In this document: one piece after another, positions 1 through 10,389 of the stretch
Position numbering within the stretch: position 1 is the stretch's first letter
Layout: every line of letters begins with the position of its first letter
From: an uncultured Acidobacteriota bacterium
GTDB lineage: Bacteria > Acidobacteriota > Polarisedimenticolia > J045
Reading direction: 5' to 3'
NCBI GenBank assembly: GCA_963702425.1
Contig: CAVPCQ010000016.1
Location: forward strand, 1-64,000
Length of the DNA stretch: 64,000 bases
Position numbers and translations under genes: made by a program
Notes under the pieces: model-generated
Databases searched by the model: none
Told to the model about the DNA's origin: nothing
Seen by the model: the letters and a program-made list of their open reading frames with translations, nothing else

Positions 1-89
1 GCGGTGAGCGCCAGGCTGCCGGCGGCGCAGCGAAGCACGCTCCCGGCCGGCCGGACCGGTGCCGCGTACCGTGGGGCTGCGATTGTCAC
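1..89 (-). CDS. Possible N-terminus of a gene running off the window (MTIAAPRYAAPVRPAGSVLRCAAGSLALT...)
   Basis: GTG at 89 on the minus strand lies 7 nt downstream of a TAGAAT -10 box (97-102). The frame is open to the window edge. Confidence 0.35.
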   Translation of the reverse strand, partial: MTIAAPRYAAPVRPAGSVLRCAAGSLALT

Positions 90-247
90 AGCCCCGATTC
101 TAGCGTTGCCGCACGGGGGGCGGGCGGGTCCTTCATCCGCCTGCGAACGATCCTGGACGGGCACAGAGCGCTGCGAACCCGTGGCGCCGATGGGCGGCCG
201 GCCCCGCGGTTCGCGGCGGACCTTGACGCACAGCGCCGGGGAGACGA

Positions 248-1570
248 ATGTCCCGGCAGGGGATCACGTGCCCGCCGCAGCGGGATGCAGGCTCCGTGAC
301 GACAACGCTGGCCCCGCCCGAGCCACCCGTCGCTCCGACGCCCTCCACCGCCACCTCCGGCGCGGGACAGGACCTGTTCGCGGAGATCGCCACCCGCTTC
401 GTGCAGTGCGGCGCGGCGGGGCTGGTGATGGTCGACACCTCGCCGCTCGAGGCCGTGGACCGGCTCTACGGGGCCAAGATCTACGGCCAGGTCGCGCAGG
501 AGATCGAGCGCAAGCTGTACGAGGTCGCCGGCCAGCACGCCCCGCCCGAGGAGATCGGCCGGCTGCCGGGGAACGCGCACGAGCAGATCGCGCTGCTCCT
601 GTTCCGCCGCCGCTCCGACTACGATTTCTACCGCGAGACGCTGCCGGCGATCGCCGACGAGCTGGCCGAGCAGATGCCGCGCCTGTGCCGGCGCGTGCTG
701 GCGCCCTACATGCCGGACCAGCAGACCTTCCATGTCGGTCACGCGCTGGCGATGCACAACCCGTCGCTGCAGGCCGAGCGGCTGATCGGCAAGGCGCTGC
801 TCGAGGCCCGCGAGGCGGCCGAGCTCAACCGCCGCAACGCCGCGCTCGCCGCGCGGCGCGAGTTCGTCGAGGTCCTGCTCGCCGACCGGATCGGCAGCAT
901 CTACGAGAAGATCGTGCACGTCCCATCGTGTCAGGTCTACGGTTACGAGGCGCTGGTCCGCGGACCGTGGGGCACGCCGCTGCACAGCCCGGCCGAGCTC
1001 TTCCGCATGGCGGAGCAGACCGACCTCGTCTTCGAACTGGACTGCATGTGCCGCCAGAGCGCCTTGCGGGGCGCGGTCGGCAAGTTGCCGCCCGGGAAGA
1101 AGCTGTTCCTCAACTGCCTTCCGTCCGCGATCCACGACCCGAACTTCAAGGACAGCGCCCTCGAGAGGACTCTCTCGGCGGTCGGACTCCGCCCGCGCGA
1201 CGTGATCTTCGAGATCTCCGAGGCCGAGGCGATCAAGAACTACGCGATCTTCCGCGAGTTCCGGGACCACTACCGCACGATGGGGTTCCGCTTCGCGCTC
1301 GACGACACCGGGACCGGCTACTCCAGCCTCTCGGCGCTGATGGAACTCTCGCCCGACTTCATCAAGATCGACCGCTCGCTGGTCAAGTCGGTGCACAGCG
1401 ACCCCTCGCGGCAGGTCCTGCTGCGGGCGCTGAAGTCGCTGGCCGACCAGCTCAGCGCGCGGGTCATCGCCGAAGGGGTCGAGGTGAAGGAGGAGTTCGA
1501 CACGGTGGTCGAACTCGGGATCCAGTTCGCGCAGGGGTTCTACTTCGGGCGCGGCGGCCCGCTGCTCTGA
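248..1570 (+). CDS. EAL-domain c-di-GMP phosphodiesterase with a degenerate GGDEF-like N-terminal domain (start may be GTG 296)
   Basis: Motifs YEALVRG, LFLN, FEISE, ALDDTGTGYSSL, IKIDRS, IAEGVE and QGFYF. Confidence 0.9.
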   Translation: MSRQGITCPPQRDAGSVTTTLAPPEPPVAPTPSTATSGAGQDLFAEIATRFVQCGAAGLVMVDTSPLEAVDRLYGAKIYGQVAQEIERKLYEVAGQHAPPEEIGRLPGNAHEQIALLLFRRRSDYDFYRETLPAIADELAEQMPRLCRRVLAPYMPDQQTFHVGHALAMHNPSLQAERLIGKALLEAREAAELNRRNAALAARREFVEVLLADRIGSIYEKIVHVPSCQVYGYEALVRGPWGTPLHSPAELFRMAEQTDLVFELDCMCRQSALRGAVGKLPPGKKLFLNCLPSAIHDPNFKDSALERTLSAVGLRPRDVIFEISEAEAIKNYAIFREFRDHYRTMGFRFALDDTGTGYSSLSALMELSPDFIKIDRSLVKSVHSDPSRQVLLRALKSLADQLSARVIAEGVEVKEEFDTVVELGIQFAQGFYFGRGGPLL

Positions 1571-1574
1571 GCCC

Positions 1575-2612
1575 TCAGAAGGGCTTCCTCCAGCCTTCGA
1601 TCGCCCCCGCCCCGCGGGTCACGAAGTTGTCGATCACATAGCTGTTGTCCCACATGCTGGCGGGGAAGCCCTTCGCGATCGCGCTGACGGCCGAGAGCCG
1701 TGCGACGTGCTCGGGCGCCAGCGCCCCGTCGACCGCACCCAACGCGTCCTTGAGCTGCTCCGGGCGGCGGGCGCCGACGATCGGGATGATCCGCGGGTCC
1801 TGGGCGACCAGCCAGTTGAGCGCGACCTGGGCCGGCGAGCGGCCGGACTCGGCGGCGATCGCGAGCACCTCGTCCACGACCCGGCTGCTCTGTTCCCCGA
1901 GACGTTCCGAGTTCCACTCGGCGCGCCCGCTGTCCGGTGCGCCCTTCCTGTACTTGCCGGTCAGCACGCCTCCGGCGAGTGGCGCCCAGGCCAGCACCGC
2001 GAGGTCACGCGCGCGGGCCAGCGGGACGAGTTCGGCCTCCACCGCGCGCTCGAGCAGGCTGTACTCGACCTGCATCGCCGCGAAGGGCGACCAGCCGCGC
2101 AGCCCCGCGATCGCATTGAACTCGGCCATCACCCAGGCCGGTGTGTCGGAGGCGCCGACGTGCAGCACCTTGCCCGACTGCACCACCGTCTCGAGCGCCC
2201 GGGCCACCTCCTCGACCGGGGTCGTAAAGTCCCAGATGTGGACCCACAGCAGGTCGACGTACTCGCTGCCGAGCCGTTTCAGGCTGGCCTCGACCGAGCG
2301 GACGAGGTTCTTGCGGTGGTTGCCCCACGCGTTGGGATCGCCGGCGCGGGTCGAGAGCGTGTACTTGGTCGCCACGACGAACCGGTCGCGCTCCGCCCTG
2401 ACGAACTCCCCGACGAGCCGCTCCGACTCCCCTTCCTGGTAGTTGTTCGCGGTGTCGATGAAGTTGCCGCCGCGATCGGCGAAGAGCCCGAACATCTCGC
2501 GCGCGTCCGCCTTGGAGGCCCCCATCGTCCCCCAGGCCTCGCCGAAGGTCATCGCGCCGAGGCAGATCTCCGAAACGCGCAGGCCGGTGGGACCGAGCAG
2601 GCGGTAGCGCAT
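1575..2612 (-). CDS. Aldo/keto reductase
   Basis: Motifs MRYRLLGPTGLRVSEICLGAMTFG, FIDTANNY, ATKY, SLKRL..EYVDLLWVH, QVEYSL and WAPLAGGVLTGKY. An AGGAG RBS precedes the ATG at 2612. Confidence 0.93.
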   Translation of the reverse strand: MRYRLLGPTGLRVSEICLGAMTFGEAWGTMGASKADAREMFGLFADRGGNFIDTANNYQEGESERLVGEFVRAERDRFVVATKYTLSTRAGDPNAWGNHRKNLVRSVEASLKRLGSEYVDLLWVHIWDFTTPVEEVARALETVVQSGKVLHVGASDTPAWVMAEFNAIAGLRGWSPFAAMQVEYSLLERAVEAELVPLARARDLAVLAWAPLAGGVLTGKYRKGAPDSGRAEWNSERLGEQSSRVVDEVLAIAAESGRSPAQVALNWLVAQDPRIIPIVGARRPEQLKDALGAVDGALAPEHVARLSAVSAIAKGFPASMWDNSYVIDNFVTRGAGAIEGWRKPF

Positions 2613-2713
2613 CGTCGCTCCTCGTGGGCCGGCGCGGCCGGCCGGGACGACCAAGATACCGGCGCATGAGCTGCAGCGTCGAGCCCCTCGGCGGGTGCCC
2701 AGCGGTTCCGCGG

Positions 2714-3421
2714 TCAGCAGCGCGGCAGCAGGAAGTCGAGGACCGCGTGCACGTGCGCGGCCGAGCCCGCGAGCACGAACAGGTGCCAGATCGCGTGGGC
2801 GTAGGGGCGCCGCACCGCGAAGAAGACGAGGCCGAAGGTGTAGGCGATCCCCCCCACCGCCAGCCAGGAGGCACAGGGGTCGCCGAGCGCGACGGCGACC
2901 GGGCGAATGAAGGGGAGCGCGGCCCACCCCATGGCGAGGTACAGCACGATCGAGAGGCGGTCCACGCGGCCGGGGCCGCGCACCTGCAGCGCGATCCCGA
3001 TCGCGGCCAGCGCCCATTCGAATGCGAGGAGGGTCCACCCCCCCCCGCCGCCGACGCCGAGCAGGCAGAACGGGGTGTAGGTCCCGGCGATCAGCAGGTA
3101 GATCGCCGCCCGGTCGAGGCGCCGCAGCCGGACCCGGAGGCGCGGCGACGACGCGGCGTGGTAAAGCGTGGAGGCCGCGTAGACGGCGAGCAGCGCGGCC
3201 CCGAAGACGGCGACGCTCGCGCCGGCGCCGGGCGTGCGTGCCCGGAGGGCGCCTTCCTGCATCGCCGCCCAGGCAGACGCGGCCAGGAGCATCCCCACGC
3301 CGTGGGTCGCGATGTTGGCCAGGCGCTCGCCCGGGGTCTCGGCCGTCCAGGGCCAAGGGCCCGCCGGGGCGGGCGCCGTCCGGGACGCCGATTCAACGCG
3401 CAGACCGCTGGCCGCAGCCAT
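2714..3421 (-). CDS. Hemolysin III / PAQR family membrane protein
   Basis: Motifs ERLANIATHGVG, ASTLYH, RRLDRAAIYLLIAGTYTPF, YLAMGW and HAIWHLFVLAGS. Confidence 0.92.
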   Translation of the reverse strand: MAAASGLRVESASRTAPAPAGPWPWTAETPGERLANIATHGVGMLLAASAWAAMQEGALRARTPGAGASVAVFGAALLAVYAASTLYHAASSPRLRVRLRRLDRAAIYLLIAGTYTPFCLLGVGGGGGWTLLAFEWALAAIGIALQVRGPGRVDRLSIVLYLAMGWAALPFIRPVAVALGDPCASWLAVGGIAYTFGLVFFAVRRPYAHAIWHLFVLAGSAAHVHAVLDFLLPRC

Positions 3422-3705
3422 TCCGCCTCCGGCGACTCCGCCCGGCGAAACGGCCGAAATCGCCCGCCGCGCGAAGGCTGAGGTGATACGCCGCCAGGTT
3501 TGCCAGCGCCCGTGTGAATCTTCGGCGACGTCGGGCGTCGGCGCGGCACCGTCCCGGACCGTTCGCATTGGTCCGCGAGAAATCGCGGCGGTTGGCCCTG
3601 TAGCGCGAGGTCCGGGCGGCCGATGAGTCCTCCGGGCGGTTCCCGACCGGCGCGGATCGGCGGGCCGGAGGCACCGCACCCAGGCGACGGAGGCGCGCAC
3701 CGTTC

Positions 3706-6700
3706 GTGCTGCTCGCGGGGCAGACCGACTTCCTGCTCTTCCTGTACGGCCTCGGGCTGGCCGTGCTCGCCGTGGTCTGCCTGCTCGCGCGTTCCACCCG
3801 TCCGTCGTTGCCGGTCGCGTGGTCGTGGCTCGGCGCCTTCGGCGCATTCTCCGCGCTGCACCAGTGGGCCGACCTGCTTGTTCCGGCGCTCGACGCGGTG
3901 ACGCAGTTCGAGAGACGGTCCGAGACACTCGACCTGTTGCTGCTGTTCCTCGCCGGCGCCTCGCTCGCCCAGTTCGCGCGCCTGGGCTGGCGCGAGGCGG
4001 GCGGCGGGCTGCTGCCGCTCGCCGGGCTGGTCCCGTGGCTGTTCGCTCCGGTGGCGTGCTGGCCGCTCGGTCCGGACGCGGTGCACGCCGCGCTGGAAGG
4101 GCTGCTCTTCCTGCCCGCGGCGCTGGCCGGTGCGGCGGCCTTCGCCGTCGCCTGGCATCGTCGCGCCAGGCTCCGCAGTCGCGGGTGCGCGCTCGCCGCC
4201 CTGGCCCTCGCCGGGCTGGCGCTGTTCGACGGCGTCTTCGGCGACTTCGGTTCCTCGCTCGCCGGTTCCCTGCTGGCCGGCGAGCGGTTCCAGCGCCTCG
4301 CGGTGCTCCCGGTCCTGGCACTGCGCGTGCTGTCGGCGTTCGCGCTGGCGATCGCGGCGCGCAGCGCCCTGTCGCCGCGTCGCGCGTCGATCCGGCCGTC
4401 GGCACTGGGCGCCTGGGCTCCCGGACTGCGCCTGACGACGATCGCCTTCCCGCTGCTGCTCGTCCTCAGCTTCATCGGGACGCAGCACCTGGGCCGCACC
4501 GAGAACCGGAGGGCGCTCGACGAGCTGCTCACCGGCGCGCGCAACGCCGCGGCCGCGTGGCCCGCCGGCGAGCTCGCGGCCCTGGCGGGCAGCCCGGCGG
4601 ACCGCGCTGCCGGCGCCTACCACGAGACGAAGGGCCGACTTTCCGCCGTTCGCCTCGCCACGCCCGGTTGCCGGTTCGCCTACCTGCTGCGGGCCGCGCC
4701 GAGCGGCGTCGTATTCCTCGCCGACTCCGAGCCGGAGGACTCCCCTGACACCTCGCTGCCGGGCGACAGCTACGACGACGCCTCCCCCGAGATGGTCGCA
4801 CTGGTCGCCGGCCGCGGTGCGGCGTTCGTCGAGGGACCGCTGGCCGACGCCTGGGGCAATTGGGTCTCGGCGCTCGTTCCGATCCGGGAGGCAGGAACCG
4901 GCCGCACCCTGGCGGTGCTCGGCGTCGACATCGACGCGCGGCGCTGGGAGCGGCGCGTGGCCGATGCGCGCCTCACCGGAATCAGCCTCGCCGCCGTGCT
5001 CCTGCTGCTGGTCATCGGCGTGCACCTCATGCTCGCCGAGGGGCGCGCCGCGACCGCGCGGCTGTCGGCTTCCGAGGCCCGCTTCCGCGCGATGTTCGAG
5101 AGCGCTCCGGAAGCGGTCTTCATCTTCGATGCCGGCTCGCACCGGATCCTGGCCGCCAACCCGATCATGGCGCGCTGGCTCGGCTATGCGCCGGAGGAGC
5201 TGGTCGGTCTGGCGCTCGAGGACGTACTCGAGCCCGGAGCGAGCGGCGTCCACCAGGAACGTCGAGCGTGTGCTCGTCGAGGGCCAGATCCAGCTCGCTC
5301 GCCGGTACCGGAACCGCGGCGGCGCGCTGATCGACGTCGAAGTCGTGGCCTCGCGCTCGACTGGAACGGGCGCCCCGCGATCCTCTCCTTCGTGCGCGAC
5401 GTGACCGAGTACCGACGCGCCGAGGCCGAGCGCGAGCGCCAGCGCGAGCTGCTGCGCGAGGCGCGCGACGCGCGCAACGCGGCGCTGGAGGCGGCGCGCT
5501 TCAGGTCGCAGTTCATCGCCAACACCAGTCACGAGCTCCGCACGCCGCTCAACGGGATCATCGGCCTCTCCGGCCTGCTGCTCGAGACACGGCTCGACGC
5601 CGATCAGCGCGAGCTGCTGACGACGCTGCGTACCTGCGGCGAGACGCTGCTCTCGCTGGTCAACGACGTGCTCGACTTCTCCAAGATCGAGGCCGGCCGG
5701 CTGGAACTGGAGGAGGTCGATTTCGACCTGCGCCAGTTGCTCGAGGAGACGGCCGGCGTGATCGTGCAGCGCGCCGAGGAGAAGGGGCTCGAGCTGGTGC
5801 TCGAGCTCGCCCCGGAGACGCCGACCAGGCTGCGCGGCGACCCGACCCGGTTGCGGCAGGTGCTGCTCAATCTGGCCTCCAACGGGATCAAGTTCACGGA
5901 GAAGGGTCAGGTCGTGCTCACTGCGACGGTGACGCCGGCCGGCGAGCGACGCGCGCACGTGCGCATGGCGGTTCGGGACACCGGGATCGGGATCCCGGAC
6001 GACCGGCGCGACCTGCTCTTCCGTTCCTTCAGCCAGGTCGACGCCTCGACCACGCGCCGCTACGGCGGCACCGGGCTGGGGTTGGCGATCAGCCGGCAGC
6101 TGGTCGAGCTGATGCACGGTTCGATCGGCTTCGAGAGCGAGCCGGGCGCGGGGTCGACCTTCCACATCGAGCTCGAACTGCCGCTGGCGGCCGACGCGCC
6201 GCCGCCCGCTCCCGTCCGGCCTTTCGGCGAGACGGGCGAGCCCATCGCGATCCTGCTCGCCGACGACAACGCCACGGCGCGCTCCTCACTCGCCGCGATC
6301 GTCGCGCACTGGGGCGGTCATCCGGTGGAGTCGAGCGATGCCGGCGGGGCGCTCGCCCGCGTGCGCGAGCTGGCTGCGGCCGGGCGGAGACCCGCACTGG
6401 CGCTCGTCGACCGCTGCCTCGGCCGCGACGACGGGGTCGCGCTGGCGCGCGCGTTGCGCGCCGAGCCCGGACTCGACGGACTCCCGATCGTGGTCCTGAC
6501 GACGGTCCACCAACGCGGCCAGGCGCTGCCCTCCGACCTCGTGTCGGTCGTGCAGGTCGTCAAGCCGGTGCGGGTGCTCGCGCTGGCCCAGGCGGTCGAG
6601 CGCGCGCTCGGCTGCGGCCCGGCCACGGAGGTGCCGCAGCAGCAGCGCGTCCCCGCGGGTGTCGTTCCCGGCGGATCGCCGCTGCGGATCCTGCTGGTCG

Positions 6701-7059
6701 AGGACAACCCGGTCAACCAGCGGGTCGCCATCCGGATGCTCGAGCGGATGGGACACCGCGTCGACCTGGCCGCGAACGGCCGTCAGGCCCTCGACGCGCT
6801 CGCCGCGAAGACCTACGACCTCGTGTTCACCGACATCCAGATGCCGGAGATGGACGGCTACGAGCTGGCCGCCGCCGTGCGGGGGCACGAGCCGCCCGGC
6901 CGCCGGCTGCCGATCGTGGCGATGACCGCCCACGCGTTGAGCGAGGACCGCGAGCGCTGCCTCGCGGCGGGGATGGACGACTACATCAGCAAGCCGGTCC
7001 GCAGCGAGGACCTGGCCGCCGCGATCGGGCGCTGCGCGCGGGCGGGGGTCCTCGCGTGA
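3706..7059 (+). CDS. Membrane-bound hybrid sensor histidine kinase (multi-TM, periplasmic Cache-like, PAS, HisKA, HATPase, two REC domains); two compensating frameshifts at about 5250-5355
   Basis: Motifs SHELRTPLNGIIG, GDPTRLRQVLLNL, DTGIGI, GGTGLGLAIS, LLVEDNPVN, DIQMPEMDG and MDDYISKP. Confidence 0.9.
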   Translation: MLLAGQTDFLLFLYGLGLAVLAVVCLLARSTRPSLPVAWSWLGAFGAFSALHQWADLLVPALDAVTQFERRSETLDLLLLFLAGASLAQFARLGWREAGGGLLPLAGLVPWLFAPVACWPLGPDAVHAALEGLLFLPAALAGAAAFAVAWHRRARLRSRGCALAALALAGLALFDGVFGDFGSSLAGSLLAGERFQRLAVLPVLALRVLSAFALAIAARSALSPRRASIRPSALGAWAPGLRLTTIAFPLLLVLSFIGTQHLGRTENRRALDELLTGARNAAAAWPAGELAALAGSPADRAAGAYHETKGRLSAVRLATPGCRFAYLLRAAPSGVVFLADSEPEDSPDTSLPGDSYDDASPEMVALVAGRGAAFVEGPLADAWGNWVSALVPIREAGTGRTLAVLGVDIDARRWERRVADARLTGISLAAVLLLLVIGVHLMLAEGRAATARLSASEARFRAMFESAPEAVFIFDAGSHRILAANPIMARWLGYAPEELVGLALEDVLEPGASGVHQERRACARRGPDPARSPVPEPRRRADRRRSRGLALDWNGRPAILSFVRDVTEYRRAEAERERQRELLREARDARNAALEAARFRSQFIANTSHELRTPLNGIIGLSGLLLETRLDADQRELLTTLRTCGETLLSLVNDVLDFSKIEAGRLELEEVDFDLRQLLEETAGVIVQRAEEKGLELVLELAPETPTRLRGDPTRLRQVLLNLASNGIKFTEKGQVVLTATVTPAGERRAHVRMAVRDTGIGIPDDRRDLLFRSFSQVDASTTRRYGGTGLGLAISRQLVELMHGSIGFESEPGAGSTFHIELELPLAADAPPPAPVRPFGETGEPIAILLADDNATARSSLAAIVAHWGGHPVESSDAGGALARVRELAAAGRRPALALVDRCLGRDDGVALARALRAEPGLDGLPIVVLTTVHQRGQALPSDLVSVVQVVKPVRVLALAQAVERALGCGPATEVPQQQRVPAGVVPGGSPLRILLVEDNPVNQRVAIRMLERMGHRVDLAANGRQALDALAAKTYDLVFTDIQMPEMDGYELAAAVRGHEPPGRRLPIVAMTAHALSEDRERCLAAGMDDYISKPVRSEDLAAAIGRCARAGVLA

Positions 7060-9863
7060 GAGCGGCGGCGGGGCGTGCTGCTGCTGGCCCTCGCCGGCTT
7101 CGGACTTGCCGCCGGCCTCGGCCTGGCCGCCGGCCCGGCCGGGCCCGGTGACGCCCCCTCCTCCGGGGCCGCCCGCGCACCGCGCGTGCTGCAATCGCCG
7201 TCGCGCCGTACGCGCCGTTCGCGGTCCCGTCGCCCGACGGCGAGTTCAGCGGATTCGACGTCGAGCTGCTGCGGCTGATCTGCGCCGCCAACGGGTGGAC
7301 TCCCGAGTTCGTGCCGATGCCCTTCGCCGAGGTGCTCGACGCGGTCGCGGCCGGGCGCGTCGACACCGCCGCGGGGGCCTTCTACGTCACCCCCGAGCGC
7401 GGCGGCCGGTTCTCCTTCTCGCGCTCCTACCTGGAGACCGGGCTGGTCTACGTCGTGCGCGCCGACGGGCCGTCCCCGGGAGCGGCGCGACGGATCGGCG
7501 TGAAGCGGGGCGCGACCGGCGAGCGGGTGGCGCAGAACCTGGCGCGCGGCCGCGCCGGGATCGAGGTCGTGCCGTTCGCCGAGACGATCGCGTCGTTCGA
7601 GGCGCTGCAGCGCGGCGAGGTCGACGCCGTCCTCAACGACTACTTCAACAGCGTCGCACTGATCTCCGAGCGCTTCGAGGGCGAGCTGGCGATTCCGCGG
7701 CGCTGGGGCGGCCCCTGGCTCGTGACGCGCGCCCGGCTCGCCTATCCGCTCAATCCCGCGCGGCCCGAGTTGCTCCCGCAGTTCGACGCGACGCTGAGAG
7801 AACTCGCCCGAGGCGGGACGCTCGAGCGGATCGAGGTCAAGTGGCTTCACGCCTCGGTGCCGCCCGACTGGGCGCAGCTCGCGCTCTACGCCGCCGCCGC
7901 GCTCGCTGCGCTGGCGATCGCCGGCGGTTCGGCGTCGCGTGTCTTTCTGGCCCGGGGCCGGACCCGGCTGCTCGAGGCCTACTGGCACCAGCTCGAGGCA
8001 CTCCCGGAGGCCGTGCTGGTCGCCGCGGGCGACTCGATCGCCTACTCGAACCGCGCCGCGCGGCGCTTGCTCTCCGGGGCCCCCGACCGGCCGCTCGAGG
8101 GACTGGGCGTCGATGAACTCGGTCTCCCGCCGTCCGCCCCGGCCGGCCCGTGCGAACTGACCGTGCGCGGCCTCGACGGCCGCCAGCGCGAGGTCGAGGC
8201 GGAGGCGACGCGCGTCGAGTTCCGCGACGCGCCGGCGATGCAGTGGGTGCTGCGCGACATCAGCGAGCTGCGCCGCGCCCAGCGCCAGCTGGCGGCCGCG
8301 TTCGAGCGGCAGACCGCCCTGCTCCGGTTCCAGGAGCAGATGATCGAGACCACCGCGGCCTTCATCGCCGTCGTCGACGGGGAGGGGCGGGTGATCCTCT
8401 GGAACCGCGCCGCCGAGCGACTGACCGGGTTCGCTCGCGGCGAGGTGACAGGGGACGGCAAGCTCTGGGATCGCCTGCTCGGCGACGCGGTCCTCAGTTT
8501 CCGCGAGGCGCTGGGAGCCGCCGCCGTCTGCGCTCCGCCGGCCGAGGGGCTGCCCTTCGCGATCCACGGGCGCGACGGCCGCGAGCTGACGATCGGCTTC
8601 TTCTTCAGCCCGCTCGGCGAGCTCGAGCGCGATGGCCGGATCGTCGTCGTCGGGGTCGACATGACCGTCGAGCGCGAGCTGGCCGAGCAGCTGCAACAGA
8701 GCCAGAAGCTGGAGGCGATGGGCCGGCTCGCGTCCGGCGTCGCGCACGAGTTCAACAACATCCTGCAGGTCATCCTGGGCTATGCCGAGATGCTGGCCGG
8801 CGGGGCCGCCGTCCGGCCGGCCGAGGCTTTCGAGCACCTCCGCAAGGCCTCGATGCACGGCGCGGCGCTGGCGCGCCAACTGCTCCTGTTCGGGCGCCAG
8901 CAGCCGCTGCAGCGCGCCCCGCTCGACGTCGACGAGCTGATCGCCGACACCCGCCGCCTGCTGCAGCCGCTGCTCGGCGAGCGGATCCGGCTGGAGCTGA
9001 GGCTCGGATCGGCCGGAACGATCCTGGCCGACCGCGTCCAGCTGCAGCAGGTCCTGATCAACCTCGCGACCAATGCGCGCGACGCGATGCCGGAGGGGGG
9101 GCGCTTCACGATCGCCACCGACACGCAGTCGCTGGACGAGGAGCAGGCCCGCCGGCTGGTCGGCCTCGCGCCGGGAAGCTGGGTCGTGGTGCGCGCCGAG
9201 GACACCGGCAACGGGATCCCGGTCGAGATCCTCGACCGGATCTTCGAGCCCTTCTTCACGACCAAGGGGACCGGCCGCGGCACCGGGCTGGGACTGGCCA
9301 CAGCGCATGGCATCGTCGCCCAGCACGGCGGCGCGATCGAGGTCGAGAGCGCGCCCGGCCGCGGGACGCGCTTCTCGCTCTACCTGCCGCCGTGCCAACA
9401 GGTCGCGGCGCCGCAGTTCGAGTCGCCGCAGTGGCGCGTGGCGAGCGACGACACGACCGTCCTGCTGGTGGAGGACGACGAAGGGGTGCGCGAGGCGCTG
9501 GCCGCGGGGCTGGCCCTGCTCGGCTACCGCGTCGTGGTCGCGAGCGGCGTCGCGGAGGCGCGCGCGCTGTCGATCCCGGCCGGGTCCACGGTCCTCGTCA
9601 CCGACGTGCGCCTGGGCGACGGCTCGGGGCTCGAGGTCGCGGCCGCGATGCGCGCGCGCTGCGCCGGGCTGCCGGTCTGCTTCCTGACCGGTCACGGCGC
9701 CGCGACGGAACTGGAGGAGGCGGCGAAGGACCGGCTCACGGTCGTGCTCAGCAAGCCCTGCTCGCTGGCGGAACTCGGCGCGACGCTGCGGCGACTGGCG
9801 TCGCTGGGCACCTCCGCGGACCGCGTCGCCGGTGCGGCGAGCGAGCCGACGACGGTTGGCTGA
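7056..9863 (+). CDS. Hybrid histidine kinase with an N-terminal amino-acid-binding (SBP_bac_3) sensor, PAS domains and a REC domain; 5' end frameshifted (about 7070 and 7193)
   Basis: A signal peptide lies in frame 7075, while YAPF..GFDVELL is in the frame of ORF 7311. Other motifs: QSQKLEAMGRLASGVAHEFNN, INLATNARDAM, FEPFFTTK, GTGLGLA and LLVEDD. The start overlaps the upstream stop as GTGA. Confidence 0.85.
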
Positions 9864-9875
9864 CCGGCCCCGCTG

Positions 9876-10367
9876 CTACAGCCCGAGCTCCCGCGCCCCG
9901 CCCTGCAGCTCCTCCGCCGAGAGCCGCGCCGCACGCGCGAATCCGCCGACGTACCGGATGTCGTCGACGGTGAAGCGGAAGAGCACGAAGTCGGCCAGCG
10001 CGAGCCGCGGCTCAGCGTCCGGAAAGCGGGCCACGTAGCGCCGCCACGCCTCGCCGAACGCCGGGTCCTCGCGCTCGATCGGCACCGCCCGTCCCGAGAG
10101 GCTGACCCGCGGCAGGGTCTGCGGATCGCCCTCGCCGCGATCGGGCTCGCCGACGGCGAGCGAGGCCCGCGAATCGGCGAGCAGGTTGCGCGTGTGGGCG
10201 GCCAGCCCGCTGACGAAGAACAGCAGGTGGGACAGCGCGGGGCCGGTCGCGTAGGCGATCATCGAGGCGAGCGGCGCTCCCGCGCCGTCCTGCTCCAGGC
10301 TGGCGAGTGCTCCCCACCGCTGCCCGGCCACCAGCCGCACGATGTCCCGTTCCATCTCGCTGGCCAT
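9876..10367 (-). CDS. Pyridoxamine 5'-phosphate oxidase-like split-barrel protein (HugZ/CREG family)
   Basis: Motifs FFVSGLAAHTRNL, RASL, PRVSLSG, DFVLFR and YVGGFARA. AAGGAG RBS. Confidence 0.85.
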   Translation of the reverse strand: MASEMERDIVRLVAGQRWGALASLEQDGAGAPLASMIAYATGPALSHLLFFVSGLAAHTRNLLADSRASLAVGEPDRGEGDPQTLPRVSLSGRAVPIEREDPAFGEAWRRYVARFPDAEPRLALADFVLFRFTVDDIRYVGGFARAARLSAEELQGGARELGL

Positions 10368-10389
10368 GCTGACGCTCCTTCTCTCCGTG

